A stretch of DNA of 64,000 nucleotides from contig NC_045697.1 in assembly GCF_009834535.1 (NCBI RefSeq), forward strand, positions 81,408,001-81,472,000. Direction: 5' to 3'. Shown piece by piece: positions 13,090-27,105 of the stretch (positions within the stretch are counted from its first letter, which is position 1; each line of letters begins with the position of its first letter). The DNA comes from Camelus ferus. Lineage: Eukaryota. The position numbers and the translations under genes were made by a program. The notes under the pieces were generated by a model. It ran no database searches. It was given only the letters and a program-made list of their open reading frames with translations, and had not been told where the DNA came from.

Positions 13090-13163
13090 ACACACACACA
13101 CACACCACATACACCACACACACACACAAACACACGCCACACACACACACACGCCACACACAC
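13090..13163. repeat. Imperfect (CA)n microsatellite
   Basis: Visible interrupted CA runs. Confidence 0.95.
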
Positions 13164-13866
13164 CCCTTGATTTTCTTTGATAAACTTTTGCATTTGGAAC
13201 TGGAGAGGCAACTTTCTCATATGATTCTATAACAAGTCATTTACTGAACTGTGTTTGTTATATACCAGGTATTAGTCTTCAACAGCTCTCTGTGTCACAG
13301 GTTTTATTTTTGATTTTTTTTTGAACAATGAAGCTATTAATTGGGTCTTGGAGAAATGAGGCAATTTGCCTTAGGTCTCAAAGCTTATAAGTAGTGGAAT
13401 CAAATTGAAATCTTTCTGAGTTTATTTTAAATTTTAATATTTTCATGACCACTTATTTGTTTTATTTTGATGAATATATTAGGCATTTGCTTTAAAAATT
13501 ACTTATTTAAAATTTAGGTATGCAATTATTTGTGAATTTATATATTTACATTATTTTCTGTTATCTAATATATTGCATTCCTCCTTTATAGCCTCACTCA
13601 AGACATTTATCAAACTATGTTAACAGAAGTTTTGGCTCATCCATAGTTCTTTCTAGACTGTGTGTTCTTTGAAGAAAGTTTTCATAAATTGGATTATACT
13701 GGTGTACAGGAAAGATTCATGCTTTTCAATGATTAGTAGTAAAGATATATGATTGTATCTCTGTCTTCCATGTTATACCCTATGAATGTGTTTCTTTAAT
13801 ATTGTTATGCATATTGGGAAAAATATATTTATCCTACAGATATTACTATTTATATATTTAAAATAG

Positions 13867-13919
13867 ATAAAATATTCAAAAGTAATTTCACTTTGAATAC
13901 TGAAATGGCCAAGAATTTT
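13867..13919 (+). repeat. Dispersed direct repeat, copy 1
   Basis: 31-bp core ATTTCACTTTGAATACTGAAATGGCCAAGAA (13885-13915) is identical to 14903-14933. Confidence 0.95.
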
Positions 13920-14885
13920 CAAGAGATGCAAGAAAAAAGGAATAAATTACATATAATGAGAAAGGATTTTGAACCAATGATTTAAAGAAAACAAATATTG
14001 AATCCACATGATATGACTCTATAACCATCAAAGGAAAGACTTTTTAAACCGGGTTTGGTTAAGTATCACTTTACCTGGAAATTATTCTGGTCCAGAGACA
14101 TGACTTCGTATGAAACTATGAAGCCTATCTTATTCCAAATGCAAAACTAACTGAAAGGCCAACAGACACATCAAAGTGACTTTTGCCTTTGGTACTTCTA
14201 CACTGAAATTATATCCACCGTTACTAGCAGAAATTTAGAAAATTCTGAAGGTACTTCACCTCTTATTGATTAATTCCAATAATTTGCCAGATATTTCTAT
14301 ATTATTAGGAAATTCTTCTATTATATTAAATTTTTTCCGTTGTTAGGTAGTCTAGTACTAGATTTGTCTATTTCCTCTTAACTGATGTCTGGCCCTTGAT
14401 AGGTATTATACCATGAACAGGATATAGCACTTAATTTTTGTAATATTCCATATTCTATTCCCTGGTTCATGAAGGGGACCAACAATATTTTCCTACTTTA
14501 ATTCTCATTATTACTTAGACCTAAACTAATTTTATCTCTTGCATGAAAAAACAAAACTGACTTCTGTCTTCTAGGTAGTCAGTATTTAACAATTATTTGT
14601 TACATTTTTGAATATATATGTTTAAATTTATTAAATTGATTTTTTTACTATACTTTGTAATTTTGATTTGGTTAAAAAAACTGAGTGATTTTGGTTAATT
14701 TTTCCACCTTACCATGAAGCCCAGATTTTTAAAAATGGATTTTATAAGACAAGGATCTCTTGGGTAGCTAATGTAAATATAAAAATTGTGACTCCTAGAA
14801 ACTATATTAAAAATGTCCTAACACCCTTGAGAAACCCATATTTCATTTGAAAAGAAGGAAAAGAAATTTGACATTCTTAATTATA

Positions 14886-14937
14886 ATAAAATATTAAAAA
14901 TTATTTCACTTTGAATACTGAAATGGCCAAGAACTTT
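14886..14937 (+). repeat. Dispersed direct repeat, copy 2
   Basis: Identical 31-bp core plus shared upstream ATAAAATATT with copy 1. Confidence 0.95.
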
Positions 14938-15699
14938 AAAAATAAGCTAGGATCAAGTTTTTAAAATCCCAGTTCTACACATATATTAATCTAGGTAGCT
15001 ACTATTAAATCTTTGTACTGATATTCTTGATTCTAGAAATTCCTAGACTTTGGGAATAAAATGGAAATAATACTGTATAATTTCCAACTCAACTTCTTTA
15101 ATCACAAATATATGCACACAAATACTTCCTAGAAGTCAGAAATGCCTTGCTAAACAAAGCAATTTAAATGGAATAACTCTTTCCAAATGGGAAACTTCTT
15201 CTAGTGAACAGGTTCAAACTTCTATAATCACTTACGAAGTTCAGAGTAGAATACTTCCACCCTCAAGGCTGCTAAGCCCCAGGCATAATGGAATAACCAG
15301 CTTGATTTTAAATGAAGCTGCATTCGCCCAGATTTATTTGTCCTTTATTGCGAATATCTATCTTTAAAATAAAAATGTTTACAGATCAAATATCAAAGAC
15401 CTATGTAATGCTAATTTTTATTTAAAGGGAAAAAACTCTCAATATTTTACATCATGTCTCATATATATATGTTCACTACTAAGTTAAATACTGAAAAGAA
15501 TTTTTAACATTAGTACTTAACAATCAGTTTGGGTAAGTACTTCTCTTTTGGGAAGGTAGCATAAACCAAATAATCTGCCTTGAGCAAAATTCAAACAAAT
15601 AAATGTTTTTCTTGTTAAGTGATATTAAGGAATGATTAATGAGAACTTGTGCTACCTCGCTTTTGATCATGTGAGAACACATGAGGACACACGTGAGAC

Positions 15700-15912
15700 T
15701 AGTTCTGTAGTTAAGAGGTTAAAAGTGTGGGTTCTGTAGCTTGACTGTCTGTCTTTTGCTTTTGACTTTCACTTACTAGTATTTGAACTTGGAAAAGTAA
15801 CTTAAGCTCTGGGTACCTCAGTTTTTCTTCTGTTAACTGGGTGTAATAGTAACACACACTTCATAAAGAACAACGCCTGGCACATGGTAGATGCTCAGCA
15901 AGTGTTAGTTAC
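15700..15912 (+). mobile_element. MIR SINE
   Basis: 'gttaaaagtgtgggttctg...cacttactagt..ttgaacttggaaaagtaacttaagctctg..cctcagtttt', tail 'cctggcacatggtagatgctcagcaagtgttagtt'. Confidence 0.8.
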
Positions 15913-18589
15913 TTATACTATGAGAAATGAAATGTGTGTATTTAATGTTCAATCACTAGAGATTTCTAATCTTTTTTTCCTCAGTCACTACTTTTATTAG
16001 TTTGATGTCTGTATCCAAAAACCTTCCTAAAATCCTGAATAATGTTTAAGAATGAGAAGACTGAAGTTATTTTTTCCTGATAATGTTATAATATTCCTTG
16101 AAATAAATATCCTGGGTTATATTAATTTAGCTTAATATTGAGGTGGAATTTTTATGTTTTATTACTTTAATAATATAGAAGGTTTGAACTGGAAGCAACT
16201 TGGAGGTTAGTATTTAAAAGAGGAGGGATCTAGATCCAGATGGATATTATAATCTTCTGAAAAGCACCAGCAAAGAAGCAGAGAATCTGTGACTAGAATA
16301 CAGGTCTTCTGAAACTCAAATCTGTGTGTCTCTGTGTTATACTGACTATACCATTCTCTTTTTCTCAGCTGTTAAATTGCATGCTTTTTAATAAAAATGT
16401 ACATATTCTTTCTTCTTTATATATGTATTCCTTAGAAATGAGAAATGCTGTTATGATTGGAAAATAAATTTGTCAGGCTAATTTGTATGCAGACAGCATT
16501 TTCCTAGCTTTCTGATTCTAAACAATCCTTACACTATTGAACAAATGATTAGGCATTTTTCACATCTCAGGATATAAGACCAATCTTGTTAAATCTTTAA
16601 TCATGCCTAGAAGCAATACATCAAAGGAATCAGCTATTATACTGATGATGACTTCAATTAACTATTTTGTAATCCAATAATGCATTTCATTAGAGTATTC
16701 TAAGAACTTTCCTGGCATTATTACCATAATCTTCAGCATTCCTATTTGGTATTTATTTCAGGTCCTGAGCATAATAAATAGAAAAGCACAGTGCCTACCA
16801 TCGGGTAATGTTCATTTCACAGTAGAACATACTGCAGAATAATATGTTTTGACAAAAGGCAATACCTGCAAAATATTTGCAAAATTTTACTACCGTGGAT
16901 TAGAGACAGGTCTGCGTTGGTTCTTTATCAGAAAGGAAAGAAGAGGGAAAAGCAAATGAGGGATTTTTTTTTTTTAATTTCTTTGTCGGAAAGCCAGACA
17001 GCAGGTCCTGCTAAATATTAAAGCTGCTACAATCTCTAAATGAAGGTGAGACACTGACTCACCTCACAAAACGCATGGGAGACAGATAACAGATTGCATT
17101 CACAACCTTTAACTCTGGAGAGCTGAGACATTTGCTAACAATAGGAACCTGGACCTTATAATAGTCTCATTACCCAAGTTAATTCTCTTAAACCGAACCT
17201 CTATCTTGTTCCACTAAGCATCTCCTTCTATAAAATAATTTCTCCTTTAACAGCTCTGTGTCTTTGTGAGTCTTAATATATGCTTTTGTTTAACAATAAC
17301 TGTCAGCTTATTTAAGAGTATCTGGCAGTTCCTGGTAGGCAAAGTAAATGAGTGAGCAAGTGCACATAGGCCTATTATTTTAAAACCTGGTGTTCTCCCT
17401 AACAAGTCTTTTGACGTGTTTCAACTCCACAGAAACTCAACTGCATCTGATCTTGATCTTAAGGAAAAGAATTACGCTTATCTTCCCAGGTATAGGAAGA
17501 AAAGATGATATTCATGCTCATTTCCCATTTTTTAGTACCATAACTCCTACAATGGTAGAAAATAGGGCTCATCCACAAGCTACTGAAGGCAATGCTGTCG
17601 ACTAGGGTCTCTGTGCTCATCTCTGCACAAGTGCTGACATTACTGTAAATTTATAATGCATGGTTCTGTTATATTTTCCCTGCTCTAACTGAAATGCATT
17701 TTATCTAAAGTATAGCTTAACTCCTTTCTTTCAAACACATACAAATAGATTTGAATGACAACGGTGTGAATCCTATAATTTCAACAATTATTAGTTACTG
17801 TGATTTTTGCCCCACTTAATAGATAAGACAAAAAAGTATATAAAGCTCAAATAATATGCTTTTTATAAAATCATCTATAAGAAATAGTTTTCTTGTGTAT
17901 TTTAAAATTTTAGTTGATGAATCTAATCATTTAATCAGCCATAAAACAGTTTCTTTATGAATCCAAGTAAAGAACAGATTATCAATGACCGAAACCGTAG
18001 TATTTCATTTTAAAATCATTCCCATTGCCTATCTCAGTGTGACATTTCCGAGAAGGGCCACTGCTGTCCTCCTGCATGCAGGCTCATCCCTCAGCTAATG
18101 ATACTTCTCCCCTTGCTCCCCAGATATTTCTTCTTATGTACATGGATTCAGCTGAAGTACGTCCATCCCTTTGGTGCTGTCCCTAGCCTCTATGTTTACC
18201 TCTTTTGTTCTGTTTTGACCTTTATGCTGCTGTTGTTTCTTAAGTATTTGGGAAACAGTCATAGAAAATGGAGGTTACAAGACAGCTTTCCAGTGCAGGG
18301 GGAGTCGTGGTGTGAAAGCAGGTATCTGAGCAGGAAGCCAAATCGTGCATTACAGAGTAGAAGAATGAAAAGCACTTTACATGTAACAGATCTTGATCAC
18401 ATGAGAGAACAAAACAAGAATTCAATTTTTAGAGCCAGACTGGGATAGCAAATGTGGAAAGTCTGACTTAATTATCACCAAATCAGTTGTGTTAAGTTGC
18501 ATATATATAGGAATATATTAATTTCATTTGTTTTCAAACTGCTGTTAATACTAGTTCATAGCATTATTATCTATTTTGATAGCTGGTGA

Positions 18590-19001
18590 TAATTATTCAA
18601 AATATTTGCTTCAGTTTCCTACCAGTTTCTTCCTTAAACAATCATTCCCTATAGGAATGACTTCCTATCCATATCCTAATATTTGTAGAAATGCTAATTT
18701 TATATGTCCTATATTTCCTGGCCCATTTGACAACAGAGTTGGCCATACGACCTTGGTCAACAAACATGAAAAAGTATGATGTGTGCCCAGGAGTCATAAG
18801 AGCCAGCATGAAATCACAACACTTTTAAATTCCTTAGCCATGAAATCTGCAAACTCCAGAACAAAAAAGATTCGGAACCGATAAACACAGCTAACCATGA
18901 GGAATTTAACCAGAACAGGTAATAATCCTTTGCTCCTGTAAACCTCTGAGATTTGGTATTGTTTGTTACTACAGCAAACTTAATCCTAGTTGACAAATAC
19001 A
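18590..19001 (+). mobile_element. MaLR (MLT1-family) LTR
   Basis: 3' end 'aacctctgagatttggtattgtttgttactacagcaaacttaatcctagttgacaaataca' is typical of MLT1. Confidence 0.7.
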
Positions 19002-19049
19002 GTATCTGCTTTGTCCATTGTTATGCCAATTTTTTATTTGTACCTTCTC

Positions 19050-21400
19050 ACTCCTTTGTAATTTATTAAACAACAAGAAATTTTGCTTTTTCATTATTTT
19101 CTTCAAAAAATTTACTTTTTCAATCTCTACTTAATCACTATTTTTTATTTTGTTGATAGAAATTACCCCTGTTAATAGACGGTACTTTACTTTATTATAG
19201 TTTCTTCTACTTTCTTTGGGTTTATTCTATAGTTCCTTTCAAATATCTTAATGTAGATCTTTAGCTTATTTCATTTTATTATTTCTGTTTTTTAATACAC
19301 ACGTTTTAAGTTATAGATTTCCCCTCTCATCACCATTTTATTTCAGCCTACAAGTTTTAACGTATAATAGTTTGGTTTGATTTGGTTTTAACATCTTTTT
19401 GAAACCTGAGGTAGTTAGAGAAATGTTTTTAAAATCCAAAGCAGATGCTGTTTTCTTTGCTTGTATTATCCTATTGACTTCTAATTTAATTGTATTGCAC
19501 GTAGAGTAAGTGTTCTGTATGATAATGATTTTTGAACATTTTTAGACTGTTTTTAGTGCTAAGTTTACAGTCAGTTTTTATAAATAGCCCATGTGTGCTA
19601 CGGAATAATTTGTGTTTTCTCATTGTTAGGTGCAAGGTTCTACATATGTTCAACAAATCACATTCACTGATTTTATTATTCAACTATGTCTTACTTCCCT
19701 AATTTTTTCACTGTGATTTTTTAGTAATGAAAGGATTGTCAAAATTTTTCACTAAAATAGTGAATTTACCCACTTCTCCCTGTTTTACATACTATTAAAT
19801 ATTATAAGGCAATTTTATTAAGAAATACAAGTTTAGAATTGTTATAACTTCTTGATGAATTGAATCTTTAATCATTATATAATGCCCTTAATGCTGCTTT
19901 TTCTTAACGTTATTTTATATAATAGTTACAGTGTTAAGACCAGCTTTCTTTTGGTTAATATTTTCCTGGTAGCTATTCTTCTGTTTTTCTTTTCTTCTTA
20001 ACTTTAGGAAGTTTTCTTATAAACATCATACCCCTAATTTTCAAAAGTCAAATTTGAAAATTTCCTGCTTCTAAATGGAGAGTTTATTTGAGAATACCTG
20101 TTTATTGAAATCTGTTTCTTCTATTCTCCGCTTTTCCATCTTCACTGTGTTTCCATCGACTCTCTAGCTTTTAAGAAAAATTTTAGGTGTTATTTTGTAC
20201 ATTTGTACCTTTCACTCTAGTTTTTTTCTGTTCCTTGGGAAGTTGAACTTAACATTTTTTTCATTATAGAGGTTATTATTTAGAAATTATACTTTCTAAA
20301 GTGTAACACATACAGTTTAACACTATTTCAAGAAATGTAAGGACCTTAGAACACTCTAACTTATATTAATATTTTATGAAATGTCATGCTATTTTTAGCC
20401 AGGAGTTTTACACCTTTAACAAACAAACAAAAATACATTATGATTATTGTTGTTTATACAGACAAGGTATGGTTAGATTTACCTATATTTATTAATTTTT
20501 TCTCATTGATAGTATCATTTTCCTTCTTCCTAAAGTGTATTTTTAAAACTCTCTTTAATTTTGGCCTATTTCTGGAATGGTATCAATTTTCTTTACCTGG
20601 AAAAGTTTTATTTCATTTACAGTCTTTAAATTTTTTTTTTCCTATAAAGCTTCATTATTGTTCTTTAAAAAGAGTTCTCTTTCTCTGGCTTTAAGATATT
20701 CTTTTAGACATTCCTGTATCCAGTTATATTTTGATTCATCTCTGTGTGGGTTTCTTTTAATCATTATATTTGATACCATATTGTGTTTCTTATACCTGTG
20801 AATTTAGGTGTTTCATCAGTTCTGAATAATTTCATTATTTCTCAGTCCTTCTCTCCTTGCAAGTCTCTCCTTTTTAGTATATTTGTTTAGAACTTATTTT
20901 CTATAACTTCAAATCACTTTTTTCTATCTTTTCTTTATCTCTAACTGTTGACTCTGAGTAATTTCTTTAGAATTTTCTTTCAATTGAGTTGTTCTCTTTC
21001 AGCTATATCTGCTGTGTTATTTAATCCAAATTTTAAGTGTTTTTGTCAACACTTATATTTTTATGTAAAATCTTTTGTTCCTTTTTCAAGTATGCTTATT
21101 GATTGCTCACTTTTGTCATTCTAAGTTTCTGTTCTTTAAACATCCACTCATAGGAATGTATATACATACATTGCAGATAATCTTAATATCTAAAGTACTG
21201 GATAGTCCAAATCTGTCCTTTGTTGGGCTAGTTCTCATTCCTGATATTTTTCTTGATTGTATATTAGCTGATTCTTGATTCTGAGTTCATATTTGATTGA
21301 TTACAAACTCTTGAGAAATGTGGAGACCTAAACTGATGAGTCTTTTTTCCACTGGTGATTTGCTTTTGCTTCCTTGTGATACAGAGTCCAAAGTGAAGTT
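19050..21400 (-). mobile_element. Decayed old L1M(E) ORF1/ORF2-region fragment
   Basis: Minus-strand ORF 19486-19683 ('LLNICRTLHLT...FRSTHGLFIKTD') resembles the L1 endonuclease C-terminal half (LxDIYRTLHP...FSSAHGTFSKID); T-rich throughout. Confidence 0.7.
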
Positions 21401-22348
21401 TCATAGGTAATTCTTGTTTTTGCTGCCAGCAACATGCTTACAGAAACTCTCCCTTTTATATGTGCTCACTGCTTAACACTGATTGAGATCACTTCTTATT
21501 GGACCAATAAAAATTTCTGTTCTTTTCTGTGAGCTTAAAAATACCAATTTGTGCATAATATGCAGCATTAGGGTCCCTTTGTGTACCTGGCCCAAGATGT
21601 TGTATTTTTACCTTCAAAATTTTCTTTTAATCAAGAGATTGATACTTTGAAATTTTGACAGTTGTTTAAATTCATTTATATAGTATTACAGTTAATTATT
21701 TAAATACACTTTAATTACTGGATATTTATGTATATATTTTCATAAAGTGATATGGACAATTTATTAAATAAGATATCCTAGATGTATGCACAGGGGTAAA
21801 AACTTAAGATTACTAGCTCTTTCTTTACAATCATATTATATTATACAATTTAAATTCTGAACCCATGAAGTTAGGAACTTTCCTTTCTTTCACTTAATAT
21901 ATAAACCTGATTTAAATTGATTATATTTGCTGTTTTAATGAAATAACATACTACATTAATAACTAATGCTTTGGAGAATATTTATGTAATAGTGAAGTCT
22001 ACCATCATAAATCACTTTGGTGAATACAAAAATTTTTTATTGGAGGTCATCAGAGTCAACACAAAAATCAATTAAAATCAAATCAAACTGTAGCTGCACA
22101 CATTTCAAGACTTCAATGAGATTCATATACTTACATTAGGTTTACTCTTAATACTTAATTCAAGTCTTTAAATAGTGTGCAGATAAAGTTGAATATATCA
22201 TTTCTATTCATATTTTACCCAAAATATATGTATCATGGAACATAAATATGATTTACAAAGATGCTTTAATGTAATGTCATATACGTACATTTCTATACCC
22301 AAAAGGTTTAGCTAATTTGATATTTTAGAATGTTTTAGAGTTTATTTA

Positions 22349-22492
22349 ACTATGTTCAATATCTTGTTGTAACCTATAATGAAAAAGAATATGAAAAGGA
22401 ATATATGTATGTATATATATGATTGAAACATTATGCTGTGCACCAGAAATTGATGCATTGTAAACTGACTATACTTCAATAAAACAACAACA
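22349..22492 (+). mobile_element. Very short L1 3' end
   Basis: Matches 53868-54010 ('aactatgttcaatatc...gaatatgaaaa...cattgtaaa.t.actatacttcaataa'). Confidence 0.85.
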
Positions 22493-23639
22493 TCAAATAG
22501 AAACAGTACATTGTATCAAATAAAACTGAGAGTCCCTCCATTCAAATAAAAACCACATTTGTTAATAAATAAATGGTTAATTAATTCTGATTTTTTTTTT
22601 TTTATGAGAACATTCTGCATCCTATAACTATACCAGGGCATCTTGATCATACAGTGATATTATAAAAATCACACTAAATATTTATTGCTTTCTGTGTCTC
22701 TTAACTATTTGATTGTGAATGTATTGTATTAAATTCATAATGATATTTCATTCTTTATATCTCTGTAATAAGATGAAAATCTCTACCAAACTGTTCCCAT
22801 AGTAAAAACTACTGTTGATAAGTTATGTTTCTATCCCAGAAATTAAGCCATCAATTAATCTACTTAAATTTTTTAATATAATCTTTATTTTAGGCTATAA
22901 TGTATTTTTAAAGTTTTAAGAGTACTATTTTTCTCCTGTGAAAATTTTATTCAACCCTAGGAGAAATAAGAAAGGTATTATCTCTTGAATCTAGAAGGAA
23001 AAACACCCCATCAACAACAATGTCAAGGAATGTACCATATATGTTACATGTATTAGGGCATTTAATATCATTTAACAACTCTAAGAGGTAGCTACTTGTA
23101 TTATGGCCAGTTCACAAAGAAAAGAGATATGGCAAACGGACTCTTTAACACTTCTTCATCCTCTTACTTTAGCTTGAATTCCTATAAAATGAGTACTGGA
23201 AATGTAAAGTATACATTATACAAATCTTCTTACGTTAGGTTTTGCATATAACCCAGCTTACACTAAGCACACACGGTCTTCTGAGTCACAGAGGTTAAAA
23301 GTGACCACTGCACAGCTCTTCTGAAACCTTTGAGAAAAGTATTTTATTTTCCTTCTGAGAAAGTTGTATTAGAGGCTCTACTGTCCAAAGAGTCCCTAGA
23401 CTGAATGTTGCTAAGTAGCCACATCCTGATTTAAAGCCCTTGGTTGTGAAAGGTGTATCAGCAGTGTCAGCTTTCTGGCCAAGCCAGCCTCACAATGTCT
23501 CAGACACTTTCTTGATAGATCAGACTAAGTTCTCCAGTTTTCGAATGCTTCCTTATGTCATTTGATCCTCACAATAGATTGCTTTCTTCTTAAATCCTGA
23601 ATGGATTATGTTTTCTGCAACTATATACTCAAATTAAAA

Positions 23640-24220
23640 GTCAGAGATTCTTAGAATATAAAAAGACTCAATTACAAGCCATCTTCAAAATATGTACTTT
23701 AAATACAAACATAAAGATTTGTTGAATGTAAATAGATGGTAAAAGATTTGTCATAAACATGGAAATCATGAAAAATCAGTAATGAGTATATTAATATGAC
23801 ATAACATAGACTTCAAGAAAAAGATTTTTACCACAAATAAAGAGGAGTCATACTTTAGGAAGACACAATAATTGCAGGATTATTTTTTCTAATAACAGAC
23901 TTTGAAAATGCATGAGACAAAAATCAGCAGAATTAAAGGGAGTGATAGACAATTCAAAAATCACATTAAAAAACTTAAAACTCCTTTTTCAACACTTTAG
24001 AAAACAACTGGACTAAAGAATATAAATCAATAAAACAATGATAGGTAATCTGAACAACACTACCAACCACCTTGACCAACTGGTAATTACAGATCGCTAA
24101 ACTGTATGAGTGCAAAATGAATATTTTCTACAAGTACCTGGCTGTAAAACAAGTCTCAGTACATTTAAAATGACTGAGTTATCATCTCAGGTCAAAATAA
24201 ACTTAAAAAGAAATCAATGA
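23640..24220 (+). mobile_element. Decayed L1M endonuclease-domain fragment
   Basis: 'gatggtaaaagatttgtcat', 'tatattaatatgacataacatagacttcaag', 'ctgaacaacactaccaaccaccttgacc' resemble L1 EN coding sequence; frame broken. Confidence 0.7.
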
Positions 24221-24554
24221 TTTTTTTTCCAGGTATCTTCTTTTATGAAGTTTGTATTTAACATATAACCCCCCAAAATCTTTACTAAATGTGTAAGGAT
24301 GAATAAGAATAATAATACCAGTGTTTTCTTCTTAATTCAAATATAGAACGTTGATTCTTAACTCACAATTTCAAATTATGACTGGAAGGTAGTAAGTCAC
24401 AACATGTTATGAAGTAGAAAAATATTCATATGTTTGAGATTAATTCTTCAGTGAAGAAAATATCTTTAAATTTTACTAAATTTCAAAATTTTCAAAACTT
24501 TTATTTAAATAATTGAAAGAAACTTAGTATTTTGGGAGAAGAACATTTTTCTAA

Positions 24555-24990
24555 ATTTTTTATTTTTAGAAAATTATAGATTAGTAGGAAGTTGTAGCGA
24601 AAGTACAGAGAGGTTCCTGTAAACATACACTCACAATTTCCCTCACTGGTTACATCTTATGTAACCATAGTACATCAAAACCAGGATATTGGCATTGATG
24701 AAATGTGTGTGTACATAGTTCTATGCAATTTTATCACATGCGTACACAAATATTCAGAATATTCATATATTATGAGGCACAGAATTACCTCATCACCATA
24801 AATATCTTTTGTGTTCCTTCTGTGTAATCACAGACATCCCTTCTAACCCTCTCTACCTAACCCTTGGCAATCATGAATCTGTTTTCTTCTCTCTACAGTA
24901 TGTGAACTTTGCAGATTGGCTTCAAGTAAACCAACTGAGCATTGTAACTTTGAGATCTATATCAATTGTTGTATGAATTCAATAGTTTGA
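24555..24990 (-). mobile_element. L1MB/L1MC-type 3' end
   Basis: 'aattatagattagtaggaagttgtagcgaaagtacagagaggttcc', 'aacccttggcaatcatgaatctgttttc'. Confidence 0.7.
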
Positions 24991-26874
24991 CTTTGGGCTT
25001 ATCTGAGAATTATTTTCATCTTTAATTCCCTCACAGACCTCTGCCTAAAACACTTATCATCATATATTTTCAAATCAATGGTATATTACTATCTTTATTC
25101 AATAGCTTTCTAGTGAGTCATACAAGTAAATACTTCTTTTTGCTCATTTAACTTGAGATCTGGGAATGATTTAGGCAGAAGAAAATAAAACTCTCAAAAC
25201 AAAATATCACATTTCTGTGTTTTAGTGTCACAATCAGTGATATAGCAAGAAAGAGATGCATAAGAAATCCCTGGGTTATGTAAATAATAATAAACCATTT
25301 ATAAAGTTATTGTATCTAAATGGAAGATGGGAGTTATAAAAACAGAAATTCTCAGTTTCACTGTTTAGTAACAAATACAACTGTAATAGTAAACTATTTT
25401 GGTAATCAATCTTTCAGGGGAGCATGAAAATTTAATAAGAAAGCATTCTGTGTTTTTAAAAACACATTGAAACTAAGATAAAGCCTGTAACTATAGAACT
25501 ATAGATATAGCTACAGTTCACTGGCCATCTACAATATAATTTTCACTTTCTGTATAATTTAATTTTTACAAAAATATCTTGGCAGTGTGTATTAACTCTG
25601 CTTTGCTTATGAAACAACTGAAGCTTAGGGAGTTAAAATAACTTTGCCACAGTGGAATACAAATCCAAATCAGACTTCTCTGACCAAAGTTCTTGTATAA
25701 TGCAAACCTATCTTTCAATGTTATTAATTTCCACCTTAAAATAGGCTACATTAGCTATTTTAACATCATTTAATTTAGTTAATAATATTTAACTAAAGGC
25801 AAATAAGAAAATATTTCTTCAGTTTTGCCAGGCCTTTCTCCTTCTTGCTTTCCCCTCTTTATCCTTTTTTTTTTTTGGAGAAATAATATGTAGTATATAT
25901 GTTTTTAAATAATGGATAAACAGTATTGTCATGAAAGATGATGCTTTACAAAGATAGAGGAGTGAATAAGCAAATTTTTCTGAAGCCTTGCTGCTTTCTT
26001 GAAAGCAGATTTATGGTGATGTGCAGATAGGTTTTTGTTTTAAATGCTTCCATGGAAATTCATATGAAAGCTAGCTGAGCTATCTTTTGGACTAGAGAAT
26101 GCCAGAATCTGAAATAGAGGAGGAGTGAGAACAACATCCTCTGCTATTAGTGTATTAACTACATATATCAGGATTTGTAAAACATCCGATGTTTAATTCA
26201 TATTTTATTCTTCAAAGAATATGAGAGGCATAATTGCATCCTTCCAACAAAATAGAAATTTCATACACTTTCCCCCAAGCATAGAGGCATAAAAACTGCT
26301 TTCCTATCTACTGCTCGTGCTCTTCTGTCTTCCCTCCCATATAACCTATAGGGAGAATGGTTTTCCATCTGCCTGGGTCTTAGGGATTGGTATTATGCTT
26401 CTTTTTTAAGTATGAGGTAAATTGTCTCAGGGAAAATGAAAAACTGCGTGTGTCCTCTGTGCAAACAATTAGAAGATATTGAATTTATGATGCCTGGGAC
26501 AAGACTCAAGCAGAACAAATTTATGTTTGGGGTTAGTCTTCCTTTGAGAATTTATGATAACTTACCACCTCCAAATTCCAGAGAAAGAAAAAAATTATGT
26601 TCAATTCAGATTTCGTATCATAGAATTTTGATTTAGTGAAAGATCTATTTTGTATTTTTTGCTACAAACAAAAATAATCTTTTAAGTATGATAACACTGG
26701 AAATGTGTCTTAGTTGAAGAGTAAGGTCCAAGGGTTGAGAAACATAACAGAGGGGTGAAAAGCCATCTGATATAGAATTTTTATAAAATTACAACTGAAA
26801 ATTTCTGTAAAACCCTAAATAAATTCAATATTATAAATTAGAGTTTTGTTGTGATTCTATTATTACTAATATTA

Positions 26875-27105
26875 ATAATAACAGCTAATAATTATTGTGT
26901 GCTTACTATGCACATTCAACTAAATGCTTTAAACCAATTATTCCATTTATTTCTTACTTGGTGGAAATTTTAAATATTTTTATTTTATATATGTATATAT
27001 ATATAATAAAATTGAGGATTACAAATTAAATAACTCATCAATTGGAAAGAGATTCAAGATTTGAACATAGACGCACTACCTCTAAAACTTGTATTCTCAG
27101 CCACT
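26875..27105 (-). mobile_element. MIR SINE
   Basis: 'ataacagctaataattattgtgtgcttactatgc...ctaaatgcttta', 'gattcaagatttgaacatagac'. Confidence 0.6.

Noticed and set aside
12935..13220. His-Thr and Val-Cys repeat ORFs (also 28487 and 53353)
   Set aside because: Translations of CA/TG microsatellites
13867..14937. Direct repeats as a CRISPR-like array or LTR pair
   Set aside because: Only two copies 1 kb apart; no TG..CA ends, PBS or PPT; eukaryotic context
18098..18448. 116-aa ORF with hydrophobic N-terminus
   Set aside because: Hydrophobicity follows from pyrimidine-rich DNA; no recognisable domain or exon structure
20386..21278. Several Phe/Leu-rich ORFs resembling membrane proteins
   Set aside because: Antisense reading of T-rich decayed L1
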